Shown: one piece after another, positions 37,210 to 45,978 of the stretch | Position numbering within the stretch: position 1 is the first letter of the stretch | How the letters are laid out: each line of letters begins with the position of its first letter | Assembly (NCBI GenBank): GCA_963665275.2 | Contig: CAXXIN010000001.1 | Coordinates: 32,001-96,000, forward strand | DNA: 64,000 bases | Direction of reading: 5' to 3' | DNA from: Negativicutes bacterium | GTDB lineage: Bacteria > Bacillota > Negativicutes > UBA1444 | Notes under the pieces: model-generated | What the model was told of the DNA's origin: nothing | Seen by the model: the letters and a program-made list of their open reading frames with translations, nothing else | The model's database searches: none | Position numbers and translations under genes: made by a program

Positions 37210-37680
37210 ATGGCTAATGCAGATCAAATTATTTTGCGACTTGCTAACGGAACATTAGTGCTCTATCCCCAAGAGGTCTTTGAACTGGTAAGAGAATCAC
37301 CGTCGCTTTTGGCTGCCGCACTGCGGCGAGGAATACGGGAGAGGGATGAAATACTGAAGAAAATCCGAAGCTCGAATGGTGGGGCAATGGAGGCCACGGT
37401 CATAAATGATTGGGGCACATTGATTTGGGTTGATTTTATCGACGGTAAATGGTTGGTTAGCCGGCGAAATGACGATGGAACGCACGCAATATTGAAACGC
37501 TTTGATAAACCCCTTCTTGCGTTCCAGAGCGCCTGTAACATGCGAGATGGTGTCCAGATCGTTTGCCCCAATGGCGACTTTAAGCCGTCGGCGGTGAATG
37601 ATATTTGCCGGACAAAGAGCGCTGCAGATGAAATTGATCGAATGATGGGTGGCCCTGGCTGGTGGCCCTGGCTGGATTGA
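37210..37680 (+). CDS. hypothetical protein
   Basis: AAGGAGG RBS; shares a motif with 38261-38590. Confidence 0.7.
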   Translation: MANADQIILRLANGTLVLYPQEVFELVRESPSLLAAALRRGIRERDEILKKIRSSNGGAMEATVINDWGTLIWVDFIDGKWLVSRRNDDGTHAILKRFDKPLLAFQSACNMRDGVQIVCPNGDFKPSAVNDICRTKSAADEIDRMMGGPGWWPWLD

Positions 37681-37736
37681 AAATGCCAACGAGTTTTCAC
37701 GAAGTGAAGATACGAAAATTAATGGAGGTTGTAGTT

Positions 37737-38264
37737 ATGAGTGAGCAAATGACAGAAGAACAATCTGTAGCATATCTAAAAAAGAGTTTTCGCATTAGGA
37801 CAGACAACAAGGGGTTGGTGCTACTGCGTTCAATCAAGGAAATGCTTCCGAAGGCAGATGAACAGACCCAAAAGAAAATAGGCGGGATTATTATTGGGTT
37901 TGCATCGTTTCATAATCTATCGGATTCGCAGCTGTTAAAGTTCTTTGGGGTAACGCTGGAGGCAGCTAAAGGAGCAGTTGGGGAAGAGTTCTTGCGGGAA
38001 CATGGATTTTATAGGGCATTGGTAGCAAGCCCGTATTTGTCACCGACGTGTAAACTGTTCTTTAATGCGTGGTTTGCCGAGGCAAATGATAAATACCCTA
38101 TGGGGTGTTGCCTACGTCGTGTTGGGATGGATACGTTCCGTCTTGTATCGATATTGCCAAGCGGTGCGGAGATTGAATATCCGGAGGATATGACGACTGC
38201 CCAAGTACTCGAGGCGACGAACTGCCCACGAGATGAACTGCAGGCCATGCCGGTGCTGCAATGA
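37737..38264 (+). CDS. hypothetical protein
   Basis: GGAGG RBS before ATG 37737. Confidence 0.7.
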   Translation: MSEQMTEEQSVAYLKKSFRIRTDNKGLVLLRSIKEMLPKADEQTQKKIGGIIIGFASFHNLSDSQLLKFFGVTLEAAKGAVGEEFLREHGFYRALVASPYLSPTCKLFFNAWFAEANDKYPMGCCLRRVGMDTFRLVSILPSGAEIEYPEDMTTAQVLEATNCPRDELQAMPVLQ

Positions 38265-38590
38265 ATAGCCAGGAAAGAACGGCGGCGACAACGTTGAAGG
38301 GTGAAGATATCCGCATTGGATGGATAGATGGCCTATTTTTGGTAGTGACCAAGACAGGAAAAGAAATTAATGGACTGGATGAAGTATTCGTGCTTCGACA
38401 GTTTGATGATCCGGAAAAAGCGTTAGCGTACGGGGCAGCTGTGATGGATGGATTGAAGCTGATGAACGGAGGTGTTTTTACTCCTACCGATGACGGCGAA
38501 GTGCTGGCTTCGCCCGAAGCTATGCTAGCCATGACCGGGATGTTTTTCGAACGAAATAATAAAAGGAGGGAAAACGATGTCAGCAAGTGA
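38261..38590 (+). CDS. hypothetical protein
   Basis: ATGA-coupled to the upstream gene and overlaps the tape-measure start. Confidence 0.7.
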   Translation: MNSQERTAATTLKGEDIRIGWIDGLFLVVTKTGKEINGLDEVFVLRQFDDPEKALAYGAAVMDGLKLMNGGVFTPTDDGEVLASPEAMLAMTGMFFERNNKRRENDVSK

Positions 38591-41500
38591 TGTTCAAATA
38601 CAAATAATCGGCAAGGATTTAGCCTCTGCCGCGTTCAAGTCCGTCGATGCGTCGGCAAAACGGACTGAAGCTCAGATGGCTTCTCTTGGTTCGTCTGCCG
38701 GAAGAATGGGCGGGATGTTTAGAAGCGCCGCTTCTGTCACCGCCGGGATTGCTGGGTACGAAGGAATATCCTCAATAATGCAAAAAAGCGTTGGCGCGGC
38801 GTTCGAATTTGCAACAGGGCTCGAAGCCTCTGCCAACGGCATGGCCGGTATTCTCATGAGCATGGGCCAGGTTGACGGCAGGACGCTTGAATGGGGCGAG
38901 TCGCTATCTGTAGCGCAGGGAATCATTACCCGCATGAATGACGAGGCGCTGCGTACGGCGGCAACCTCTCAAGAACTCGTTCGCGGCGTCCAGGCGCTTC
39001 TGGCTCCCGGCCTTGCATCGGGAATGAATATCACCCAAATTGAAACACTGACCGTAACCGGTGTGAATGCGGTTAAGTTATTACAGTTGCAATCCTATCA
39101 AGTTGTCCAGGAATTGCGTGACCTTGTTGCCGGCGGAATTCAGCCGGCTTCTTCTACTTTAGCGACAGCGTTGGGGTTGAAAGATTCCGACATACAGGCA
39201 GCAAAAGCATCATCGCAAGGCCTGTTCAACTTCCTGATGGAAAGACTGAAAGGATTTGAAGTCGCGTCTGGCGAGTACGCCAAAACCTTCAAGGGCCTTA
39301 ACGAACAAATCAAAGAAGGACTGACACGCGGAGCGGCAACAGGGATGGGAGCTGGCCTTGAATTCGCCAAAGAACAGATGAAAGGCCTTGCCGAAAAAAT
39401 AGTCACGATTGACGAAACGACCAAAACGGTGCAGATAAACCCTGTACTGGTCAGCACGATCGGGGCCATGACTCAAAACACAATCGCATTTGTCGGAGAA
39501 ATGAAAAAGATTGGCGAAATTGTTTCGCCGGTTGTTGTCCCGGCGGTTGAGATGCTAGGGTCTGCAATCGGATATGCTGCACGCAATGCAAGTGACCTGA
39601 CGTTCGCTGTTGGTGGGTGGATGATAGCCAAACAGGCGCAGGTTATATATATGGACGTTGCGGCGGCTACTGCAGGGGCTGCAACGGCGCAGACCCTGCT
39701 GGGAAGAGCGGTTATTGAAACCAATGCGCAACAGACACGACAAAGAGCAATGGCGCTTGAAGCGGCGGCAGTGCAAAAGGCAGCCGTGACAGAGCAGGTT
39801 ATCGCAATAAAATCTCTTCTCGCGGCAGAAGCGCAAAGAACCTCAGGGTTAATGAAAATGACTGCTGGATATGTTGATCAAGCCTCGGTGGTAGATAAGG
39901 CAAGACTTGCACTAATTGGGGCAACACAGGCAGCCAAAAACGGAGAATACAGCCTGGCACAGAGCATTATTTCCACAAACGAAGTTTTGGCAGCACAAGG
40001 GGCCATCGCAACCGCCGTGGCGGAAAAACAAGTCGCTGGAGCCGTGGCCGCTGCGGGAGCGCAAAAATCACTGGCGGCAACTACGGCAACGGCAAGCGCA
40101 TTTAACGCAGGAGCTTCTGTAGGGATGACGGCTGCAAGCTTTGTTGGTAAAGCTGCTTGGAAGGCTGTTAACGGATGGTTCGGCGCCGCAGTGCTGGTAA
40201 GCTATTACGCCTACGATGAAATATGGAAAAACCGCGAAGAAATTAAGCGGATTATGGCCGAAAACTACAACAATAATTTGAACACCCCTCAATCTCCCGG
40301 AGAGGATTATTTGTTTGGGCCCAAGGACAAAACCCCGGTCGCTAATTATGGAGAAAATCGAAAGCCGGACAAGAAAGTTTCTCCCGGCAGCGGCGATCCG
40401 CTCCGCGATCAGCAAGGCCCATTGCAGAAAAACGATAAGCAACTTTCCGAAATCACCGGTAAATATAACAAGCAAAAAGAAGAAATCATGAAGATTGAAG
40501 CTGATCTTCAGACATCAATACTCCAATTACAAGGGTTCACACTGCAAGCAACGCTCAATGGAATTGAAAAAGAGAAAAAGGCGTGGATTGAAAAAGGCGT
40601 CAATAAAGTCGCGGCAGAGCAATGGGCCGCCGCGGCCATCACTAAAGCCAACAAAGACGCCGCCGACAAAATTAAAACAGCCTACGAGCAGGTGAAATCA
40701 TCCCGCGAAAGCGTTGCCAGCACGTTCCAGGGATCGTTTGGATCAGCCATTGACGAAGTGATGCAGAACATCAAGAACAATCGCAGCGAGAACGCCTACG
40801 AAGCGGTTGAAAAGATGCGTAAGGAATTTGAGATCAGGCAGCAAGCCTCAAGGGCCGTGGCTTCGGCGGCAGGGTTTTCTGATGCAGAAAAGTTCGATCC
40901 GGTATCTCCATGGCAGTCGGTCAATAAGTCCATTGAAGCCGCAGCAAAAGCGCAAATAGAGTATTTGAAGATCATCGCGCAGAATACGGCAAGGCCACCA
41001 CAATCCCCGGCTGGGAGTATTCAGAACCCCAAAGATCCTGGTAAGGCAAACAGTTTCCCGCCAATACAGGGAGGCGGGTCAAACCCGAATTATGATGGGG
41101 CATTTGGCGGTGGACAGCAACGTAACGGCGAGGCGATTACTCCAGGAACACTAACCTTTGAACAATATAATAAGGCGACCGGCATGGATAAGTTAATGAA
41201 CATTACGTGGCCGGCAGGGTGGACAGATGAGCGTAAAGAAAAGTGGGGGCGAAATTTAGAGGGGTTCCCAATTCCTGGTCCGTACAACGACTCATCCAAG
41301 AAACCGTTTTGGAAAGCAGATACCCAAGGTGGCATGCTGCAGTCTAACTCCGATCAAGTTGAGCGCGCAAGAATAATCATGGGAAATATGTCTGGCGATA
41401 AAGAGTCAACCAATAGAGTAAGGGCGCTGATGCAGGGGATGAAGGAATCAAGTGGCGATAAATTCGCGCCGCAAACATCCGCTATCGCACCAGTGCAACA

Positions 41501-41663
41501 AGTATCAAATAGCCTTAAATTTGATATCCAGGTCAATGCCAATGGCATGGATCAGGAGTCTGCAAGGCAACTAGGCAACGAAGCGGCAAAGCAAATGCTT
41601 CCTCGCATCGAACAGGCAATTAATCAGTCGCGGACTAGCTTTGCAGGACCAGGACTGAAATGA
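38577..41663 (+). CDS. phage tail tape-measure protein
   Basis: 1028 aa, Ala/Gly-rich and helical; typical N-terminus (DVQIQIIGKDLAS), tape-measure-like core (QELRDLVAG...LATALG), hydrophobic segment, C-terminal DIQVN...IEQAI; AGGAGG RBS. Confidence 0.82.
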   Translation: MSASDVQIQIIGKDLASAAFKSVDASAKRTEAQMASLGSSAGRMGGMFRSAASVTAGIAGYEGISSIMQKSVGAAFEFATGLEASANGMAGILMSMGQVDGRTLEWGESLSVAQGIITRMNDEALRTAATSQELVRGVQALLAPGLASGMNITQIETLTVTGVNAVKLLQLQSYQVVQELRDLVAGGIQPASSTLATALGLKDSDIQAAKASSQGLFNFLMERLKGFEVASGEYAKTFKGLNEQIKEGLTRGAATGMGAGLEFAKEQMKGLAEKIVTIDETTKTVQINPVLVSTIGAMTQNTIAFVGEMKKIGEIVSPVVVPAVEMLGSAIGYAARNASDLTFAVGGWMIAKQAQVIYMDVAAATAGAATAQTLLGRAVIETNAQQTRQRAMALEAAAVQKAAVTEQVIAIKSLLAAEAQRTSGLMKMTAGYVDQASVVDKARLALIGATQAAKNGEYSLAQSIISTNEVLAAQGAIATAVAEKQVAGAVAAAGAQKSLAATTATASAFNAGASVGMTAASFVGKAAWKAVNGWFGAAVLVSYYAYDEIWKNREEIKRIMAENYNNNLNTPQSPGEDYLFGPKDKTPVANYGENRKPDKKVSPGSGDPLRDQQGPLQKNDKQLSEITGKYNKQKEEIMKIEADLQTSILQLQGFTLQATLNGIEKEKKAWIEKGVNKVAAEQWAAAAITKANKDAADKIKTAYEQVKSSRESVASTFQGSFGSAIDEVMQNIKNNRSENAYEAVEKMRKEFEIRQQASRAVASAAGFSDAEKFDPVSPWQSVNKSIEAAAKAQIEYLKIIAQNTARPPQSPAGSIQNPKDPGKANSFPPIQGGGSNPNYDGAFGGGQQRNGEAITPGTLTFEQYNKATGMDKLMNITWPAGWTDERKEKWGRNLEGFPIPGPYNDSSKKPFWKADTQGGMLQSNSDQVERARIIMGNMSGDKESTNRVRALMQGMKESSGDKFAPQTSAIAPVQQVSNSLKFDIQVNANGMDQESARQLGNEAAKQMLPRIEQAINQSRTSFAGPGLK

Positions 41664-41675
41664 GGCGATAGGGTA

Positions 41676-41936
41676 ATGCAGGAACATGACAAAATAATTC
41701 AGTTGACTCACATGGAATCAACCTTGCGTGAAGTTGCAAAACGCGTAATATTGACGGCTGATGTGCTAGAACGGTGCAGGACCATAAGCGATCCTGCACC
41801 GGTACTTCTGGCCTGGACTGTTGTGATTGAACGTCAGTCCAAGGAGCTGGAATGCATTGCAAGGGTAATTCGCCAAGAAGCCGACGCGGTGGAGGTGGCG
41901 CATGGACGAAAAGACGGCAGCAGTTCTGTTGCTTGA
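41676..41936 (+). CDS. hypothetical protein
   Basis: Helical 86-aa ORF in the operon. Confidence 0.55.
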   Translation: MQEHDKIIQLTHMESTLREVAKRVILTADVLERCRTISDPAPVLLAWTVVIERQSKELECIARVIRQEADAVEVAHGRKDGSSSVA

Positions 41937-42438
41937 CTATCCTAAGCGATGGGATGCCCTGCAGGAGCGCCGAGCTCAGATTATTGACGCCTATGGTAAC
42001 GGTAACGCCTATCATGGTGGCGGAGGAGACAGTGGCGGTCATAGTGATAATACTTTCAAAAAAGCCTCGCTGCTGGTTAATATGGGCACAGAAGAAGCCA
42101 ACCTTAAGGTGGTGCGCGAATGGCTTTCTATCGGATTGAACCCTCGGGATTCGAGTGGTATTGATAAATTTATGGAGAGGTTATCCATCAGTTCAGCTCG
42201 ATCGGCACAATATCGATCAGAGCGAGAGCGTAAGCCAGAGAGTGAAAGGCATGGTGAATGGGTTGACTCGCTTTGCTGGACGTGCCTGAGACGAACGTGG
42301 TCGTGCCTATGTCAGTATCCGGAAGAAACGCCGCCAGGACTTGAGACAACTGAACCCAATCCGCAATGTGCTGACCGGATTGTGGTTCGGTGTGGTTGGT
42401 ATTGGCACGATAAGGAAGCGGCACAGGTGCGGAAGTAG
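41902..42438 (+). CDS. RinA/ArpU-like N-terminus fused to a Cys-rich tail
   Basis: GGAGG RBS; LLDY...II...GG.SDNT..KA..L pattern; C-terminal CWTC...CLC. Confidence 0.5.
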   Translation: MDEKTAAVLLLDYPKRWDALQERRAQIIDAYGNGNAYHGGGGDSGGHSDNTFKKASLLVNMGTEEANLKVVREWLSIGLNPRDSSGIDKFMERLSISSARSAQYRSERERKPESERHGEWVDSLCWTCLRRTWSCLCQYPEETPPGLETTEPNPQCADRIVVRCGWYWHDKEAAQVRK

Positions 42439-42623
42439 GAAGAATAATAAGAGTGTAAGGAGGAATGACATATGAGAACAATTGATGAAATCCAAAAGGA
42501 GATTGATTCCTTAGTTTTTGAACCTGGGGACCCAAAACGAATTCTACCCGCGCAAGATCAGCCTGCAACTCGAACTACTCATAGCACTGCTGCGAAGTAA
42601 ATAAGAAGATCGTGAAAAATTCC

Positions 42624-42698
42624 ATGCGAACACAGGTGAAAATGGAATCTGAAGACATCGCAGCCGAGCTGAAAGAAGAAAACCTACTGATAAGGTGA
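42624..42698 (+). pseudogene. truncated copy of the N-terminus of 42950-43369
   Basis: MESEDIAAELKEENLLIR* versus MDPGDVATELKEDYLLIS. Confidence 0.6.
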
Positions 42699-42699
42699 A

Positions 42700-42733
42700 T
42701 GAGGCAGCCCTTTTATGCTAAGGGGCTGCCTCA
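42700..42733. terminator. stable hairpin
   Basis: TGAGGCAGCCCTT...AGGGGCTGCCTCA; U-tract weak. Confidence 0.55.
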
Positions 42734-42803
42734 AGTTTCGTGCCGGTAATTCTCGGCATCCATACCCAATCGATCTTCAAATCCGCAAACGCTTGCGTTT
42801 TTG

Positions 42804-42827
42804 AAACTTCCAAGCGCTTGGAAGTTT
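42804..42827. repeat. 24-bp perfect palindrome
   Basis: AAACTTCCAAGCGCTTGGAAGTTT. Confidence 0.8.
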
Positions 42828-42949
42828 GGCATACATAAGGCATGGTGACCAACGTTTCTGCCGAGACCGACAATCCTTCATAACACAGTAGCGGGTTGAT
42901 ATGGTAGGCAATGCTTCAAACAGTCATGAGAAAGAACGGGAGGAAGCAA

Positions 42950-43369
42950 ATGGATCCTGGCGATGTTGCCACGGAATTGAAAGAGGACTATCTACTCATT
43001 TCAAGTTGGCTGATTTACTACAGTGAACGGAAGCGCAACATAGACATAATGCGGATTTCAACGCAAGACAAGAGGTGGATGGAGGTGTTCGAGCTATTGC
43101 ACCATATGCTTGGACCGAAGAAACGTCTATTACTCGAACTCAGGAGACTAGAGGCAGAGCAACCAGCCGCTCGCAGAACACGAGGAAGGCCCGGCTGGAT
43201 GGTATGGGTGCAACGCCATTGGGTCGAAGCCTACGCGAAGCGATACGGTGATTCTGATGGTGAATGCTGGATATCGGACGGGATGGTCAAGAACATGTGG
43301 AGCGAGATTGTGGCTCGATGCGCAATATTGGCAGGAAAGAGAGGGCTGCTGGCGGGGAGAGCCTCCTAG
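42950..43369 (+). CDS. RinA/ArpU-like late transcriptional regulator
   Basis: GGGAGG RBS; WLIYY, RW.EV, KKRLLLELR, W.S...K..W..IV pattern; directly precedes the cos-like site. Confidence 0.55.
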   Translation: MDPGDVATELKEDYLLISSWLIYYSERKRNIDIMRISTQDKRWMEVFELLHHMLGPKKRLLLELRRLEAEQPAARRTRGRPGWMVWVQRHWVEAYAKRYGDSDGECWISDGMVKNMWSEIVARCAILAGKRGLLAGRAS

Positions 43370-43376
43370 AGGGCGC

Positions 43377-43430
43377 GGGTCCTGTGACGCCCTAAAATGC
43401 GGCAAGGGTCGCGAAGCCCCCGACAATTCG
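43377..43430 (+). other. lambda-type cos-like packaging site (cosQ plus cosN)
   Basis: GGGTCCT (identical to lambda cosQ), 22 nt, GGGTCGCGAAGC (7/12 identical to the lambda cohesive end GGGCGGCGACCT; spacing in lambda is 23 nt). Confidence 0.6.
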
Positions 43431-43763
43431 CTAGTGATAGAAAATTTTTGTGCGCTTCGGATTTCGCTTTTTTGGTGTGCGCTTCTGGTGGGCAAAGCCG
43501 CCGAAAATTCAGTATTTAAAGCACTTGAAGGGGGGTAGCGAAAAACAAAACCAACGGCAAAAGTCGGAAGTAAAGCGAAACTGCGAAAAAAGGGGGGGGG
43601 ATGTGTTTGGGGGTATCTTTTGCGAACTCGATAAAATACGGCGCGGTATCGGGGAAAAAAGCAATGTCAAAAATTAATCAGAAAGGGGCTAAAGATAATG
43701 AACATGCAAAGCGGCGAGGCAATGACAAAAAAAGAAAACGCTAATAATACGGAGGGTAAACCA

Positions 43764-44498
43764 ATGACCGAAAACAGTATGGAAAAGGCCCGGAAAAAGC
43801 TAAATAATGCCTATGCGATGGAATTAGAACAGGCGGCAATCGTCGCAAGTCTAAAGGGTAAAATTAAGGCCGCAGAGGGCGCGACCGTCGAAATCGGCGA
43901 TGACATTGATCTTGTGGCCATTCGGCAGAGAATATCGGAAACGCAGAAAAAACACCAAAACTTGACCGGCGAATTGGCAGCGGCTGAAATGGTGCTGGTG
44001 TCGATTCAAAAACAACGAATCAATGCTTTGATGGCGGTTTATGCGGCGGAACACGAAATCAGACAGGAAGAACGGTCACTATTGATAAAAGAGCGAGCGG
44101 GATTGCAGTCTGAGATAACCAGCCTTCGCGCAAAACTAGAAGTCATTGAAGGAAAGGGTAGACTTCTTGACCGTACATTAGACAGCATGAACCGAGCCGA
44201 GGAAACAGTTGCCGGGAAATGCGCAGCGGCAAGGCTGGCGGGGTATGAAGAATCATTACTGAGGTGTCGTGATCGACAAAAATTTCACGACATAATGGAA
44301 AGCGGCCAGGGCGGCACATACGTAACGATTGACGAGCGCGGCGAATTTATCGAACCGCAACAAACAAGCCGCGACGTTGACCAATGGGGCTATCAAAAGC
44401 CGGTGGCTACGGTTCAGTATAGCGAGCCTAGGCCTATAGAAAATAGGGTTGAAACCCCAAAACGAGAAGTATTTACGGTCGTCCCCATGCAGGCATAA
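43764..44498 (+). CDS. coiled-coil hypothetical protein
   Basis: GGAGG RBS before ATG 43764; long heptad-rich helices. Confidence 0.7.
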   Translation: MTENSMEKARKKLNNAYAMELEQAAIVASLKGKIKAAEGATVEIGDDIDLVAIRQRISETQKKHQNLTGELAAAEMVLVSIQKQRINALMAVYAAEHEIRQEERSLLIKERAGLQSEITSLRAKLEVIEGKGRLLDRTLDSMNRAEETVAGKCAAARLAGYEESLLRCRDRQKFHDIMESGQGGTYVTIDERGEFIEPQQTSRDVDQWGYQKPVATVQYSEPRPIENRVETPKREVFTVVPMQA

Positions 44499-44514
44499 CG
44501 CCGGAAAAGAGGAG

Positions 44515-44552
44515 AACCCCGCGCCGCAAGCTTTTCTTGCGGCGCGGGGTTT
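44515..44552 (+). terminator. intrinsic terminator
   Basis: AACCCCGCGCCGCAAG-cttt-TCTTGCGGCGCGGGGTTT. Confidence 0.8.
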
Positions 44553-44644
44553 GGATAAAAAGAACCTATCAGTATTATATCATGTTAAATTGCTATGGGC
44601 TATTTAAAAAAACGGCCAATAAGGAGCGGTGGAGACAGCTCGAT

Positions 44645-45043
44645 TTATACTCTCAGTCGTTTTTTCAAGGCGGTTTGCAATATGTTGGAAAAGTTGACCC
44701 CCTCACGTTCGGCCATGGTGTTCAACCATTGAGGGATCGTCAGAGTTTTCTTCACAGCCCGGTTATCGTGCTTCTGTTTATAGGCCAGCATATCCATATC
44801 GACCAGGGCGATGAAGCTGCTGCCCTCCGAGCGTAGTCCGGAAGGATCAGAGGCAGCAGGAAATTCCTTCCCGTCTGCTTCCAGTTCGGTCAAATAAATA
44901 CCTATGGCGTCCCGTGTCATTTCAAAAGCCTCTTCCAGGGTATCACCTTCCGTAATGCAGCCGGGAAGATCAGGAACGGTTACAGAGTAGCCACCGACTG
45001 CTTCCGCTTCGAATATGGCCGGATATACAAACTTTGTTTTCAT
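44645..45043 (-). CDS. hicB: HicB antitoxin
   Basis: YPAIF...VPDLPGCITEGDT.EEA; VKKTLTIP.WL...NFS RHH. Confidence 0.93.
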   Translation of the reverse strand: MKTKFVYPAIFEAEAVGGYSVTVPDLPGCITEGDTLEEAFEMTRDAIGIYLTELEADGKEFPAASDPSGLRSEGSSFIALVDMDMLAYKQKHDNRAVKKTLTIPQWLNTMAEREGVNFSNILQTALKKRLRV

Positions 45044-45045
45044 AA

Positions 45046-45252
45046 CTATTCCTCCTTCGGCAGCTGGACCGGCTTCAATCCGGCTTGCTTCATAATCTGG
45101 TTAAAGGTTCCCGGCTTCAGGTCTTTGTTATGGAGAGGAACAACCAGCATACCTGGCTTATCCGTGTGCTTCATGATATGGTGCGATCCATCGATTCGCG
45201 CCACCCGCCATCCATCTTTTTCAAGGATCCTGATCAGGTCTTTGGGCTTCAC
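45046..45252 (-). CDS. hicA: HicA mRNA interferase toxin
   Basis: DGW...GSHH..KH...VVP.H.KDL..GT...I.KQAGL. Confidence 0.93.
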   Translation of the reverse strand: MKPKDLIRILEKDGWRVARIDGSHHIMKHTDKPGMLVVPLHNKDLKPGTFNQIMKQAGLKPVQLPKEE

Positions 45253-45274
45253 GTTATCCCCTCCAAGTGATTAC

Positions 45275-45303
45275 ATTATAACACGTGTTAATACGTGCGT
45301 AAA
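45275..45303 (-). promoter_or_regulatory. hicAB sigmaA promoter with palindromic operator
   Basis: TTTACG-N17-TATAAT; spacer CACGTATTAACACGTGT is an inverted repeat. Confidence 0.75.
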
Positions 45304-45388
45304 TAATAAAACACATTAGCTTTGCATCTCCTCTATTGATGCAGGAGAGCAAAAAGAAGCCGCCATCTTTGGCGGCGGTACTACTTAT

Positions 45389-45607
45389 CTATCGCCTATT
45401 AAACAGGGAGAGCAATATATCCAAGATGGCTTGAGCGCCGAACCAAACAATGATAGCGGAAAAGACATAGCTGGCTGTTACAGAATACTTGGCAAGGCTT
45501 GCGGGAACAATCACAGGCGCGAGATAGCCCCAAATGACGATAGAGGCCAAATATAATCCGTAACCAATGACGGCAAGGAGTATCCACCTAAATAATGTGC
45601 CGAACAT
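45389..45607 (-). CDS. small two-TM membrane protein
   Basis: AGGAGG RBS, 72 aa, two hydrophobic helices, basic C-terminus. Confidence 0.7.
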   Translation of the reverse strand: MFGTLFRWILLAVIGYGLYLASIVIWGYLAPVIVPASLAKYSVTASYVFSAIIVWFGAQAILDILLSLFNRR

Positions 45608-45662
45608 CTTATTCCCTCCTGTGTTTTCTGGGTTGAAATAATAAATACGATCGAGAAGCCTG

Positions 45663-45884
45663 TTAAACTTTCTCTTCTGGAATATACTCCATGAGGTCAC
45701 TGGGTTGACAGTTAAAATACTGGCACAAACGATGAACAACTTCCAGGGAAACATATTCACCTTTACCCATTTTAGCTATCGTTGATGGCGACAGGCTGAG
45801 CTCGATTCTTAATTTCTCTTTCGTTATCCCTTTATCAATGAGCATTTTCCATAAAGGATTGAATGAAAACGGCATAGGATACAC
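45663..45884 (-). CDS. Cro/C1-type HTH regulator
   Basis: LWKMLIDK...SPSTIAKMGKGEYVSL...LC....CQP.D. Confidence 0.85.
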   Translation of the reverse strand: MYPMPFSFNPLWKMLIDKGITKEKLRIELSLSPSTIAKMGKGEYVSLEVVHRLCQYFNCQPSDLMEYIPEEKV

Positions 45885-45900
45885 CTCCCTTCTTCTACAT

Positions 45901-45978
45901 ATAATAGTATAAAATATTCAATATGTCAAAGAAAAACTATGCAAACACATTGACGAAACCTTTGACAAGTTGTAGAAT
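45901..45978. promoter_or_regulatory. divergent sigmaA promoters
   Basis: Minus TTGACA-N17-TATTAT (45929-45901); plus TTGACG-N17-TAGAAT (45950-45978). Confidence 0.7.

Noticed and set aside
37778-37784. In-frame A-AAA-AAG slippery heptamer as a tail-chaperone G/GT frameshift
   Set aside because: It lies at codons 14-16 and the -1 frame stops within a few codons, so it cannot fuse the two ORFs before the TMP
43450-43677. 75-aa ORF as a small terminase subunit
   Set aside because: No RBS or HTH pattern; it runs through the repeat and homopolymer region next to the cos-like site
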